Shown: positions 24,391 to 37,256 of the stretch, in pieces
How the letters are laid out: every line of letters begins with the position of its first letter
Position numbering within the stretch: the first letter of the stretch is position 1
NCBI GenBank assembly: GCA_905178155.1
Contig: CAJINV010000002.1
Location: 5,802,859 to 5,866,858, forward strand
DNA: 64,000 nucleotides
Direction of reading: 5' to 3'
From: Amoebophrya sp. A120
Lineage: Eukaryota > Protista > Dinoflagellata
Program-made: the position numbers and the translations under genes
The notes under the pieces: model-generated
Seen by the model: only the letters and a program-made list of their open reading frames with translations
The model's database searches: none
Told to the model about the DNA's origin: nothing

Positions 24391-27234
24391 TCACGCGTTG
24401 GGCACCTTGGACACGCCCGTGCCGCTGAAGGGCGACGGCAGAATTTCGTCCTTTCCGGTGCTGTAGAGATCGAAGTCGCTCTTGGCGTTCTCGACCGCGG
24501 CCAGGGACGCCGGCGCCGAGGGGCACTCCTCGGGCGGGGGCTGGCTGTCTTCAAAAGAAGAGTACTGCGGCGGCAGGGACGCAAGGTTCCAGAAAACGGC
24601 CATGGTGCACATCGGGGGCGCGGAAACCGTCATGCACTCATCCATAATGTCCGTGATCCAAAAACCTGAAATGGAATATGATAGTGATGTTGTATTTTTT
24701 TTGAATACAAAGCAAAAAAGTAAATATAGCGGTCACGACACGGCGACGGCGAAAACATATCATCAACAGTCAGAATTTCAATCCCCAATTGTTTCTCTCT
24801 CAACCAATGACACCAGCGTATCGGTAATAATTCTACTTTGCCTTTGCATGATCATTTTTATAGGAAGTACCTGGGCAGGACACCAGCGTCAAGATGCAGT
24901 GCGTGAAGCACATCGGCAGGCGTCCCACCGGCGTAGGCTCGTAGCGGGACATCGGGGAGTTGCAGCGCGGGAAGATGCTGGCGCACTGCTGCGACATGTA
25001 GGAGGCGTAGCAGGCCTTGTACAGCTGATCCGGCGCCTTTCCAATCCGATCCTTGAACAGCCCCGGAAAGCCCGCGATCACGCTATCCCGTGCAGAAACG
25101 TCCCCACCCAAAAGTAGATTTGCAACGACAAGAACGTTTGTGATGCACAGCCCCACGACAGGCATTTCCAGTCGTGGTTTGACATTTGTAATGCTGTAAA
25201 CAGGATGATCAGCTGGGTTTGCAATGCCGCTGCCCTTGCTAACCTGCGCTACAATACGGACCGCAACTTGTCATGCGTGACTCCCAAAGCTTCTAAAGTT
25301 TGTGTTGCGAAGTCCCCATCTTGATTCTGGAGTGGAGACGTTTTTCCTCAGGATACACGCCATCCAGTTGCGCATCGGTGACGTCCGCGATGACGAAGTC
25401 CGCCGCCGTGATGGGGTAGAGCACCGCGCCAAGGTATCCCGTGTACTAGAAACGTCCCCACCCCAGAATCAGTTGTAATGCAAATCTGCATGATTGCAAA
25501 AATGTTTCTCATGCGGAGACCCATGAGAAGCAGTTTCTAGCTGTGTTTTGAGATTTGTGATGCTTGAATTAGCATGATGTGCGAGATCTTTGATGCTGCT
25601 GCACTAGCTAAAGCTTTTCGATTTGTCTAGCAGATTTCCCATCTCGACTATGGGGTGGGAGCGTTTTCACTCAGGGTACAAAGCAGTTGTGTCCGGTGAT
25701 CATCGGCAGACAGGGCAGTGTATGAAATGCAAATATGTCTGGGTCTGGACCAAAAGAGCTTGTCATGCTAAATCTGAATCATGTACAAGTCTGTGTTGCA
25801 TATGCATGATTACCAAAAAAAGCTGTCCACTTTTGACATAATTGAGAGGCAGTTTCTCATGCAGGATAGGCATGATATAACTCTCACAGAATCTGTCATG
25901 CTATGTCCTACATATCAGACCTCGTGGGTCATGGAAAACCTGCATGACAAGTTTACACTCTTCCGCTTCCCGACCGAGACATATTTGCATTTTATACAGT
26001 GGCTGGTTGATCCAGATTGGCGGCGGGATCAGTGGGGGCACGATCTGCAGCACGATGTTCATGGCTATGGCGTTCTCAAACGTTACATTTTCACCTGTTA
26101 GATGATTTGTCATGCAAAATTACAATTAGAATTGACACGATCAAGCTGCTTCGCATGACAAATTATCGAAGAGGAAGAGCCAAACAGGCCGAGAATCTGT
26201 GCCAGCTCTGTCATGCAAGACGCGCAAGGTCACCCCTTTCACGGTTGTCATTCTTGCATCACAAAGTCATGTAACAGTTGAGAATGTAACAACTGAGACC
26301 GCTATAATGGCGCCCTGAATCAACCCCGCGCCGGACGCCAGCCCGCTGACCGCCAGCATGATCGGCATGCCGCCCGCGGCCCCGGCGGCGCCGGAGGCTT
26401 TGCTGGCCAGGTCGGATGTGAGTTTTGCGATGTCGAAGCCAAACAACCGGCTGACGACCCCTCCCGGAAAGGGGGAAACGCCCTTCAGCGCCGCAGCCGG
26501 CGGGGGGATACCGAAGTCGCAGTGGGCACCCCCGTATGCAATGCAAAAGTTGTATCGCCGTGGTTCTACTAATTGCAACGCATGTTCTACTACAATTCTT
26601 CTTCCTAGGGTTATACTAGAGTAGGATGACAAATTCTTGCACTTTTGTTATTTTCGGAAAAGTTCGTCGGTCATGCAATGGCGACTAGTACGATACTTAT
26701 TTGCAATGCCTACCGCGACGGAGGACTTGTAGCCGGGAGAGGCCTTGAGAAACGACACCGCTTGGTGCAGTTGGTCGACGTGCTGCTTGTAGGCGGCCGT
26801 GTCGAAGTATGCATTGCAAAAGTGTCTGGATCTGGTATTGCGTGTTTTGCATTCCTGAAAAATTTGTATTGCGCAGCCAGCAAAGGCGCCACCTTTTCTT
26901 CATGCAAAAAAGCAGTTTGTCGTGCGTTCTACGCATCAGACGGCGTCAAGCGAACTTGTCATGCTTGGCTGCACTAGAGCTAGCCAGACGTATCCATACT
27001 TTAGCATCACAAGTGTCCAGACCCAGACATATTTGCTCTTGATACGAAGTCCTTCGCAAGGTGGTCGTACGCCTGTTTGAACGCCGCCTCCACCTCCGGG
27101 GATTGCTTCTCGTTGAAGAGCGTGATATACGCATCCTCTTCGGACAGGTTGAGGCGGTCCATCTGCTCGGCGCTCATCACGGCTTCGGCGCCTGTGGCGG
27201 CCGCGGCGGCGAACAGGAGGGAGCGGTAGAACAT
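24391..27234 (-). CDS. Secreted Cys-rich protein (386 aa); C-terminal Cys spacing reminiscent of Frizzled-CRD/Mid1-like domains
   Basis: 8 exons (27234-27045, 26802-26713, 26529-26307, 26060-25997, 25715-25679, 25429-25356, 25078-24871, 24665-24391) total 1161 nt; signal peptide MFYRSLLFAAAAATGAEA; CYASYMSQQCASIFPRC...PMCFTHC...SCPG. Confidence 0.85.
25084..25355. mobile_element. Introner, family D-like
   Basis: Exact DR CACGC. Confidence 0.85.
25435..25678. mobile_element. Introner, family D
   Basis: DR CAAGG/CAAAG. Confidence 0.85.
25721..25996. mobile_element. Introner, family A
   Basis: Exact DR CAGTG. Confidence 0.9.
26066..26306. mobile_element. Introner, family G (TATGGCGTTCTCAA..GTTACATT TIR)
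   Basis: Exact DR ATGGC. Confidence 0.9.
26535..26712. mobile_element. Introner, family H (TATGCAWTGCAAAAGTATCG TIR)
   Basis: DR CCCCG/CCGCG. Confidence 0.85.
26808..27044. mobile_element. Introner, family A
   Basis: Exact DR CGAAG. Confidence 0.9.
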
Positions 27235-27936
27235 CCTGTGTCCTTGTGTTGTTGTACTTCTTTGAAGTTGTCGAAGAAAATACTTACAAGCCAGGGAAGT
27301 TGTAGATCAGCACGAGTTCGTTTTCTGTCCAAGGATTCAGATACCTTCTTCTATAAGGCGTTTTACTTTTGCAGATAAATAAAATGTTTGCATATAAAAA
27401 TTGTTGTCAACAATGCTAAAAATGCTGGGCGGGTAGAGTCTTTATTTCTCAAAGCAGTACTTATTTCTTTGCCGAGGAATTCTGTTTCGAAGCTGATGGT
27501 GCTGTCAGTGCTAGAAACAGCGCCACTTTTTGATTCTCTCGTTTTGCTCGCTTTTTGACGACGATGAAAAAGATGAAATTGAAATTACGCTCGTTTTAAC
27601 GCGAGTCTCTCGGTCATCTTTGCGGAAGAAAAAACGGACTATAGCTTGCAACGTGTTATTCTTGCGATGATCAAAAGCAATAGCGATTGCGATTGGTTAG
27701 ACTAGCAGAGTAGATATTAACAAGAAGCGAAACCAAGAGTAGAACATCGCACTTGTTTTCCCGAAAGAAACAAGCATGACAGTACAGCGACAAAGCGTCG
27801 GCTGAGCGACTACGATAGCGCTCTAGATGAAGCACAGAAGTGGAGAAAGGTGAGACGCTGGCGCTTGTGGTCGTATGGTATTTTTGCACTACATTTCCGC
27901 TCTTGTTTGACCCTCGCTTATTTCTACATCACGTTC

Positions 27937-29962
27937 CTATTTTACTTCCGGTTCGAGTTTTGTCACTTCATCCTTCATCATTCCTAGGTCAATCACTTTG
28001 TAGCCGAGATATTCCTTAGACACCGGGTCTAGCGGCGTCGGAAACCCTTCGTACCCTTCCTTAGGTTCGGTGCCGGTGTAGATACATTTCCGCGTCATGT
28101 ACGTCTTTAGACAGGTGTTGGGGCAGTTTTTCGGGCACTCCTTCCGGTACACATCCCCGTGCTCGCTGTACTCCGACACCTGGGCCTCTTCCAAACACCG
28201 GTCCTTGTAGCCGACACAGGTGTTCTATGACCGCGCACAACTCGTCCCCAGGCCCCTTGTTTGTCGTGCTAAGTACATGAAATCCGGCCTTCGGTTCGCT
28301 TTTTAGCAGTGCTTGCATGACAAATAAATGCTGAGCGAAGTAGACCCAAGTCGCGCTCGGGTAAGCAGCAAGTTCGTGTGATGTGGAAGATTTGTCATAC
28401 GGAAGCGACATTTCTTTTTTACTTATTTCTGCCCTTCCGTGCTGCGGTGGGGTTCTTGTTCATGTGATAAAAAGATAGTGAGCACTTACAACTTTTCAAA
28501 GAATTATGGGGAGGGGGAGTTCGTTGCCAACTACGATATTTTCAGTCCGCAGTAGCCATCGTACATGCGCTTGACCGACTCGCGCTCAACCAGCCGGGCC
28601 TTTTCGCAGATCATCTGCCCCGTCCCGTCGTCGTCCTTCGGGACGCAGCACTTGTGCCAGTTCTCCGTCGGAAACTCCAGCGTGTCGTTTGGGGCGGAGG
28701 GAAACCAGTTGCCCTTCGCGGTTCCGGGCCTGTATCAAATGCAAAAGTGTCTAGGTCTGGAAGATTCTGAGACTTGTCATGCATGTTTTGCATGACCCAG
28801 GATGTCTGCAATGCGCGACCTAGCACCACAGATTTTTAGAGGGCTTCCTGATGCCTACTCCGCATGACAAACGCCCTCCCCGCGTAGCGCAAACTAGACT
28901 CCTCGTCTTGCTGGTCATGCAAAACAGATTTTTTTAGAGTGGAAGGCTAGCATCACAAGTTCCAACCTTCCAGACCCAGACATTTTTGCATTTGATAGCG
29001 TGAGGTTGTTCACGATGTAGTACACCCCTCCCGAGTGGACCGCGCACTTGCTTTCGTCGTCGTGTGGCAGCATGTCGACGAACTCTGCGTTCTCGAATCG
29101 GCTTCTCGTGTCCCGTATGCACTGCAAATATGTGGTCTGGGTCTGGAAAAGCACCAAGTTTGTCATGCATATTTTCTATGACCAATGAAGTCTGTGACGC
29201 ATGCCCGAACATCACACAATCTGCGAGAGCTTTCTAATGCTCATACCGCATGAGAAACAAATGCTCCCTTCGCGTGGCAAAAACTGGACCTCTTTTGCTG
29301 TTCATGCAGTACAGCAGGTTTTATGTAGAGTCCAAAGGTAGCATGACAAGTTGCATCCTCCCAGACCCAGACATATTTGCAGTTGATATCCTGGCACTCC
29401 TGGCCCTCCTGCTTCCCGCGGAAGGAGTACCAGCAACGAAGGATGAAGGAGGTCGGGGTTATCAACTGCAAATATGTCCGGGTCTGGAAGGATGCGAGGT
29501 TTGTCATGCATATTTTGCATGGCTCATGATTGTCTGCAATGCATGATCTAGCATCACAGATTCTTAGAGGGATTCCTAATGCCTATTCCGCATGAGAAAT
29601 ACCCTTCCCGCGTAGCACAGACTGGACTTCTCTTGCTGGTCATGCAATACAGATTTTTTTTAGAATCGAAAGACAACATCACAAGTTGCAACCTTGCAGA
29701 CCCAGACATTTTTGCATTTAATAGGGGTTTGCGTGGTACTATTGCCCCTGCTGTGTCGGAGGTCGTGCGAAGATGTCCTTGCGAGGGGGTGGTGGTGGGG
29801 ATGATGGTGCTGAATCTTCGGACGACTTGACTGAGGGATTGGTAATTCTGCTCCGACGACGTCGGAGGTCGTGTGTGCCGTCCCTGCCCCTGAGAAGCTG
29901 ATCAAACGCGGCTCAGCAGAGTAGTGAAGATGGTGCGAAAAAACATCGGAGAGGAAACCCAT
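27937..29962 (-). CDS. Hypothetical Cys-rich protein (~296 aa)
   Basis: Exons 29962-29724, 29454-29389, 29110-28998, 28727-28539, 28220-27937 join in frame (891 nt); start uncertain. Confidence 0.75.
28226..28538. mobile_element. Degenerate introner
   Basis: TA..TA ends, weak TIR, DR TGTTC/TTTTC; join YCGLK-TCVGY. Confidence 0.65.
28733..28997. mobile_element. Introner, family A
   Basis: DR GCCTG/GCGTG. Confidence 0.9.
29116..29388. mobile_element. Introner, family A
   Basis: DR TCCCG/TCCTG. Confidence 0.9.
29460..29723. mobile_element. Introner, family A
   Basis: Exact DR GGGGT. Confidence 0.9.
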
Positions 29963-30269
29963 CTTCAGATTTTTGGACGTAAAATAGACTTACTGCCGTG
30001 GTTTTATTTGCTGGATAACACAACAAAACGAAAAGAACCAAATCAAGGCTAATACTGAAAAGTAGAGCTGCTTGTTGTCCTCATTTTCGTTTTCAAGACG
30101 AACCAAACTGCGGGAGAAGGGGCCAACAGAATAAAGGAAATTGATATTAGAAGCACTTTGAAGATCATATGGATCGTCTGTTGTACACTCATTCTCAAAT
30201 GAAAGGTAAGCTGGCGAAACGAAAGAATCGATCGAGCACGAAAAAATCAACGAGGCCCCTGGGATAACG

Positions 30270-30395
30270 AGCGACGACTGTCACGAAGTTCCTGGATTTC
30301 CACGAATATTGGATAAACGACAACAACGAGCTAGCGACGACTGTCACGAAGTTCCTGGATTTCCACGAATATTGGATAAACGACAACAACGAGCT
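30270..30395. repeat. 63-bp tandem duplication (intergenic)
   Basis: AGCGACGACTGTCACGAAG...CAACAACGAGCT x2. Confidence 0.9.
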
Positions 30396-31078
30396 TTACG
30401 ATGAATGTACGTGTCACGACAGCGACAACTTCTCTGCTGACCTCGGTGACCGGTTTTAATTGACGCCAAGGATGATTGAATGGGCGGGCGTCGGCGATGG
30501 AACATACTGCGCTGCTTTTTCAGATCTTGGTGTCAGTTGCAATAAGAGAACGACCATAGAAGCTCGCGCATTGGCCGTTCTAGCCAAGTGGCAAAACTAG
30601 CTAGGTAAGGGCACGAGGCTGCAAGCAAAGAGTCAACTCCTGGCACGGCGGGCACAATACAGATCCATCCTCGTCCTGCTGTCACCCGCCTAATAGAATC
30701 AAATGAGAACACTTGACGCCGAAGTAAAGTATTTACGAAGAGGGACAACGCTGGTTCTCCTCTATCACCCGCACAGACACAAACACCCTGCCGACAGGGG
30801 GGTGCAAACAAGATTATCGCGGCCGGCAGCTTCTTGAGCCTCCGGCGCGCTGGCCGGCCGGGCGGCGCGCACGAGGCGCGCCGGCCCGGCAGCAATAATA
30901 CCGTCGGCCTTCTTGATTCGCAGCTTCGAAGGATGGTCTTCTTGATTCGCAGCGAACACCAAAAAGCCGAAAAAAACTAGCTCGCGCATCTTTCCTGGCT
31001 CCATCAGCATCAAGCAACAGCCTCTGATTCATGTTTTTTTCCAAATTCTAGTCCAATCTTCACTAGGGCTGTACCTTC

Positions 31079-34000
31079 TTACTTCCGTTTCAACATGTTA
31101 CTCAACAGATTGTCGTCGTACTTTATGCATGTCAGTTTCAAGAACTTTGACTCCACTTTCGGATACTCTTTCTTCATCCCAGCACTATGACTCATGCTAG
31201 TACTACTGCTTTTAAACGGCGAAGTGGTTGATGTGGACGTGTTGGCTTGAAAATTATGATTACTGGTATTACTGTCCCACTTACACGACTTTTCTAACTT
31301 TTGCATCTCTTCATCCACTGCGTGACCGTAGACCGACCGGAGACGCTGCTTCTTGAAGTTCTGCTTGGTCATGCTCACCGTATCAAATGCAAAAATGTCT
31401 GGGTCTGGAAGATTCCCAAGTTTGTCATGCATATTTTGAATGACCAGCGATGTCTATGATGCATGGCCTAGCATCACAGATTTTTAGAGGCCTTTGTGAT
31501 GCCTCTACCGCATGAGAAATGCCCTCCCCGTGTAGTCCTCTTGCTGGTCATGCAGTACAAACTTTTTTAGAATCCAGCGACAGCATTACAAGTTTAGAAT
31601 CTTCCAGACCCAGACACTTTTGCAATCCATACACCGCAAATTGGTACAATTCGGGATTTTTCACGACGGAGCCTAGCCCCCCCACGGGCGATGGAAGCGG
31701 GTTGCTGGCTAAATGAGGGTAATATTGCAGCGGCACGACACCATCGGCGGTCGAAGATAGTTGTGACGACTTCGACTGCTCTGCTGCGTCTGAAGAACGT
31801 CCGGTACTATCTTTGATGCTTGCACCCTGCCACGTCCGTCCTGGTTTTTGTTGCGCATCACCTCCTTGTTCATTGGAAATAGAGTCGGTTCCTTGCAGTT
31901 GCACGGTTCTGGGAGCAGGTCCTGCTCGGGTGTGATCATGCGGGTTTGGTACTACTTCTTCTTCGACGACTTCGTCCTCCTCGTTCGCCATAAACCGCAC
32001 GTTGCTGGAATTGCTGGACACCGACAGTGCGGTGGTGTCACCAGGCACCATTGCCGCGGCTTGGTCGGAAGTGCCGCCACTGGGTTTGTTGTCCGAAGAA
32101 GTTGGGACGGGAGCCGTTGTGGGGAAATTGATGTAGTTTCCTTCTTATGCATTGCAAAGATGTCTAGGTCGGGAAGGGTGTAACTTGTGACGCTACAACG
32201 TTTGCACTCTACATCTGTATTGCACGAACAGCAAAAGAGGTGTACTTGTTTTTGCTACGCGGAGAGAAAATTTATCATGCGGTACGAGCATCAGAAAGCC
32301 CTCGCAGAATCTCTGATGCTAGGGCATGCATCACAGACATCATAGATCATGGAAAATATGCAAGACAAACCTGGCACTTTTCCAGACCCAGACATTTTTG
32401 CATTTGATACTTCTTCACCTCCCAGAGTTTGTGTTCTTATCGACGCTTGGACGAGAGGTGCTGGCTCCCTCGTACAGTTTTTCTCCCTCGTACTGTTCTT
32501 CTCCGCTGCACATGCGGAAGAGTAAAAATCATGTTGCACCAAAGTAGTAGTTAAGATCCTCATTTCTATTTCATCCTCCTCGGTGCCACTGTTGCAGGAG
32601 GAGCTGTGCACCTGATTATCAAACTCGAATAGCTGTTCGTAAACACCCTGCAACACCGCCATAGTCAAAATCTGCTCCTCGAGTTCGGCTGCGGCGGAAA
32701 ATTTCAATTCCCCTTCTTGGGTTTGCTTTGCTGCGGTCCACGACCTCTCCGTCTGCACCAGTGGTGCTTTTTGATTGAAATCTGACCGTGGTCCAAGCTG
32801 AGTACCGCTTTGGCTTTTCGCTACCGAAGTCTCAGTTTGCGCCGCGAAGCTGTGGCGTTTTGTTCTCAGTGGGTTGTTCGTTTCCTGATCGTGTTGATTC
32901 ATGTTCCCGCCTTCGAAAACATTCAAGAACTGCCTCGGCGGAGCGCCTGTAAGAGTAGTACCGGGAAATAGAAAACCTCTTAATGCACTTGCATCGCCCT
33001 GTCCTCGCGAATCGTCCATCGTATCACCGCCTGTAGTACTAGTAGGAGGGGGAGGTCCTCCTGTCGCTGTGCTGTTATTTCCTCCGTTCGACGGCGAAAT
33101 CGCCGACGCCAGACTTTTCCTCGCTGACAACTTGTAGTTCGTTGTTGCACTAGTATTCCCGCCATGCTGTTGTAGGGTCACCAAGTTGTTGTTTTTCGCC
33201 ACGAGATTGTACTGGTTTAGATCAAAAATGGTGTTGCTTGTAGACCCAGAACAAGTACTAGATAGGTCCCGTAGCAAATCCTGCACCGAGGTACGGCGCT
33301 CGGTCGTCTTCGCAATGGATTGCCGCTTCTGCTCCAGCAACGACTGGCGTCGCTGCTCGTTGAACTCAAACTGCGGAGCCGCAGCTCCACCGCCGACGGA
33401 GCTGCCCCGGATGCTCGGCCGCGCGCTGCTTTTTCGGCTTCGATTGGGCGTGACGCGCTCGGAGCTGTTGGCAGACGAAGTGTTGTTGTGTTGCTTTGCA
33501 GTCATCATGCCACCACTGCTGTATTGCTGCGAGTTTTCTCGTATTCATTGAAAATATGTCTGGGTCTGGAGGGGTCATGCGTGGCTGGCATGACTCTTAA
33601 CTCTGTGATGCATGAGCAGGTTAAGAGCCCATTGCCTGTACTGCAAAAACGCGACTTGTCATGCGCAAAACGAAACACATAGCAGCTCAAAAACTTGTCA
33701 TGCCTGGCTGCGTATTGCAGTGCGCCCACCATTCACTGATTTGCATCACAACTTTCCAGACCCAGACAATTTTGCAGTTGATATCTCGGGAGCGGGGCTT
33801 CGGGGTGTTGTTCAAGCTCGTGCTGTTTGTGCCCGTGTTTTTTCCGTGACTACCTCCCGACGACTGTGCTGGCTTTTCCTTGGAAGAGGAATAAGATGTA
33901 GACTGGTTGGACCATACCCCGCTTTGCCTCTTGGCCCCCCTCGTAGACGAACTGTCTACTTTCTGCGGAGATGATTTATTACCACCATTTGAGTGCGTGC

Positions 34001-36118
34001 TGTGCTGCTGCTGTCCTCCCGCCTGCGAGCCTCCGCTCGCGTTGCTTGTGTTGACGCTATATCAACTGTAAAGATGTCTGTGTCTGGAAGATTCTGACAC
34101 TTGTCATGCACGTTTTGCATGAGCCATGATGTCTGTGATGCATACCCTAGCAATACAGATTATATGAGGGCTTCTTGATGCGTCTTCCGCATGACAAATG
34201 CCTTCTCAGCGTAGCAAAAATTGCATTTCCTTTGGTACTCATGCAATACAGATTTTTTTGGAATCCAAACGCAGCATCACAAGTTGCATTCTTCCAGACC
34301 CGGATATTTTTACATTTGATACGCTATCCGCGGAGTGGTCGGCGCGCTTCGTCAAGTCTGCCGGCTCTTTCGGGAGCTCCTGCATGGTCGTGTTATGCAT
34401 TGCAAATATGTCTGGGTCTGGAAACTTGTGATGCTGGGTGGCGTATCATGAGGAGGCCACAAGTGCTGGCTCAGCATGACAAGTTTCTCAGCTTCTAGGT
34501 GTTGCCTATTCTGCATGACAAACTGCGTTTCTGCATGACAGAAAAGTGGCGCTCTTGGGTAACGTGCATGACAGATTTGACAGTCATGCCAGACAAGCAT
34601 GACAAAAATGCACTGTTCCAGACCGAGACACTTTTGCAGTTGATACATGTTGGGTGGCTGCAAGTCTCCTACTTGCAGGTTGTTGTAGTACTTCGCCTTC
34701 TCCTTCTTGTTCTTTTTCAATTTGCCAGCCTGGGAAGTAGAGGTGGAAGCAGATTTGTTCGTTTTAGTTCTGTTGTTTGTCAGGGTGAGCGGCCCGCTCG
34801 GGACAGAGTGGTTCTGCTGCTGCTGGGGAGGAGCAAAATAAACTTCTCCTGCGTCTACGTTTTTATAGCCTGTTCAGCAGGTACAATCTCAAACGTTACG
34901 AGTAGAAATCTAAATCTGTGATGCAAAAAAATGTGCATCATCTAGCCTACTATTACAGGAGTACGCATGTTGACAAGGTCCGGTCGTGTCCGAAATCCCA
35001 TTAGCATTCTGGCGAAAGTTGTATTGCGAGAAGCGCAAGGGCAGCAGCAAGACTCTGCATGTTCCTCATGCTCTCTATGCAACACAACAGCATCAACACA
35101 GATTCAACAAGATTCTATCGTAAGAACGGTTGAGATTGTAACACCTGAGCGGGTCATATTTTTGTGCAACTACTTCTTCGACCGCTGTCGTGGGCGATTG
35201 GCCGAGCTCGGGAGATGTGGTCAGCGATTGCCCCATTCGCGGCGAGTCGGGGTTTTCGGACACGGGTGACAGCATGTTCCCGAAGAGGTTCGAAGATCTT
35301 TGCACGTTACTCGCGTTAATATCGCTGTCCGAGCAGTACTCCGGGGAGGAAACCGCGTTCAGATTCTGTTCAAGCAGCCCATCGAAGCTCGTGTCGACTT
35401 GCAGGCCGTAGCTCCACAGCGAGGTCGTCGCGGACCCGGCGGTGCGCTCGGGCCCGTTCGGGCCGCCAAGCGACGATGCGTTGGACGAGGGTACAGCCAT
35501 GCTGCCAATCAAAGTTGTACTATCACGGCTGCAATGCAGCGGTGTTCGCTGTTCAATAAATCCAATCAAACCCGGGCAGCTAGCAGCTGCTCCTCAAAAA
35601 CTCCGCTGTGCCCGCCCGAAGGGTTCATTGCCGCCACGACCGCGGTATCCTGTGCAAAAGTATCGTACTCGTATTGCAGTCATGCATTACAAATCTTGTT
35701 CTTAAGGCAAGTCCGCATTACAAATCTTATTTCTCATGCTGAGGAAATTTGTAATGCATTTATACGAGTACGATACTTTTGCAATGCATACACGGCCCCC
35801 GCCGGTGCGGGTGTGGGACAACTCGTCGTCAGGGAACTGCTCTTTCGCGTCTGCAGATGAGAGGGTGGTGGTACTCAACTGTTACATTCTCAACTGTTAC
35901 ATGATTTGTCATGCAAAACTACAATCAGAATCGGCACGGTCAAGCTGCTTTGCATGACAAATTCTTGAAGGGCCAAACAGGCTGAGAAACTGTTCCAAAT
36001 CTGTCATGCAAGACGCGCAAGGTCACCCCGTCCACTTTTTCCATTCTTGCATCACAAACTCGTGTAACAGTTGAGAATGTAACGTTTGAGAACGCCATAA
36101 GAGGGTGGTGGTACTCAT
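31079..36118 (-). CDS. Large low-complexity hypothetical protein; 5' structure unresolved
   Basis: In-frame joins across five family-A elements from 34869 down to stop at 31079; upstream of 34870 one junction and one in-frame TGA (35594-35596) are unresolved. Confidence 0.65.
31381..31631. mobile_element. Introner, family A
   Basis: Exact DR CACCG. Confidence 0.9.
32146..32409. mobile_element. Introner, family A
   Basis: Exact DR CTTCT. Confidence 0.9.
33542..33783. mobile_element. Introner, family A
   Basis: Exact DR TCTCG. Confidence 0.9.
34060..34321. mobile_element. Introner, family A
   Basis: Exact DR CGCTA. Confidence 0.9.
34394..34645. mobile_element. Introner, family A
   Basis: DR CGTGT/CATGT. 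Confidence 0.9.
34878..35147. mobile_element. Degenerate IR-bounded intron, ends unresolved
   Basis: CAGGTACAATCTCAAACGTT / AACGGTTGAGATTGTAACACCTG inverted repeat; no clear DR. Confidence 0.55.
35646..35790. mobile_element. Introner, family H
   Basis: DR CGCGG/CACGG; 145 bp. Confidence 0.85.
35865..36099. mobile_element. Introner, family G, with left TIR tip replaced by exon sequence
   Basis: 18-bp DR AGAGGGTGGTGGTACTCA at 35860-35877 and 36100-36117. Confidence 0.85.
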
Positions 36119-37256
36119 GATTCATCTTTTACTTTTTACTTATGATTGCGAAGGTCATCGAAGATTTAGATTTACGCTACTTTAAGAACGAGGGCACGAC
36201 GACCAGAGCTAGTTTAATTTCAATATTTTTCCATCGATGGATTTAGATTTTTATGTTGAATTGTATCGACGAAAAAAGGAGGATATGACAAGCAAAATCG
36301 ACACGATGATGTACCCAACTGGGGGGTCTATCAACGCACAAGAGTGCCCGACGAATGTGCGACATTCGCAAGCCGGGACGAGGTCGAGGACGACACGCAG
36401 CTGTGAATTCACAGAAGATCCATCCGCAGCACACACAGGTTCACTCTCGACGTCTGCAGGACGAACAAGCGTGTGGTGCTCGTCTCTTCACAAGGTCTAC
36501 GCACACACAGGTTGATTCTCCTCGTCGTCCCTCAATACAACAACGTCCACTGCGCCCTCTCGTATTCTACATCTACTTCCTCCGGGAAAATATATGTCAT
36601 CTCGTATTTTTCTTGTTGCCTGGTGGGAATAAAACAAGCACTGGAAGTACTGGACTGTGAACAAGTCGATGTCCCCATCATGATTATCGCAACGAAAAGA
36701 TGCGACGCATCCACGTAAACGAGGTGTTGGTGCGAGCAGGTGCATCTTGACCTCTCGCGAGTCACAATCTCTATCTCGGGGTCTCTGAGTGACGCATGAT
36801 TGGTGGTTGTCATTGTCAAATATGAAATTGAAATTCCATTTCCTTCACTAAATATATGTAATGGAACGATTTATATCACGGTATGACACGACAACCTGCA
36901 CCTATGTGACGAGAGGAGCCTCGACCTGTGATTGCTTTTTCAAAAATAATGCGTTCCTCAATCGAGAGAGCAAAAATGAAGCGCCAAAAATTACGCAACG
37001 CGGATTCAGCTCAAGGCAGATGGGATAATGGTTGCGGAGTCAACATCTTTTCAAAAATATTACACAAATTCCGATAAGCCGGTCGACGTAGTACTGTTCA
37101 AAACATAAGAGCGATGATCCGGTCGTAGAATCGTGTGGCGGCTTGACAAGGGAATGTTTTTTGCCAGCATCTGCTTGGAGAAGAGAAGTGCTGCTTGTTT
37201 CATCCTGGTATCGAGGTCACTAGTTGGCACACTGATGGATGATGCAGTGGTCCTCG

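Noticed and set aside
28733-34645. Repeats alternating with unique spacers, superficially CRISPR-like
   Set aside because: Repeats are ~260-bp TIR elements and the spacers are exons that join in frame; no cas genes; eukaryotic context.
36237-36819. Short ORF fragments (also 41019-41845 and 46800-47800)
   Set aside because: Interrupted and no recognisable homology; cannot support a gene, pseudogene or transposase call.
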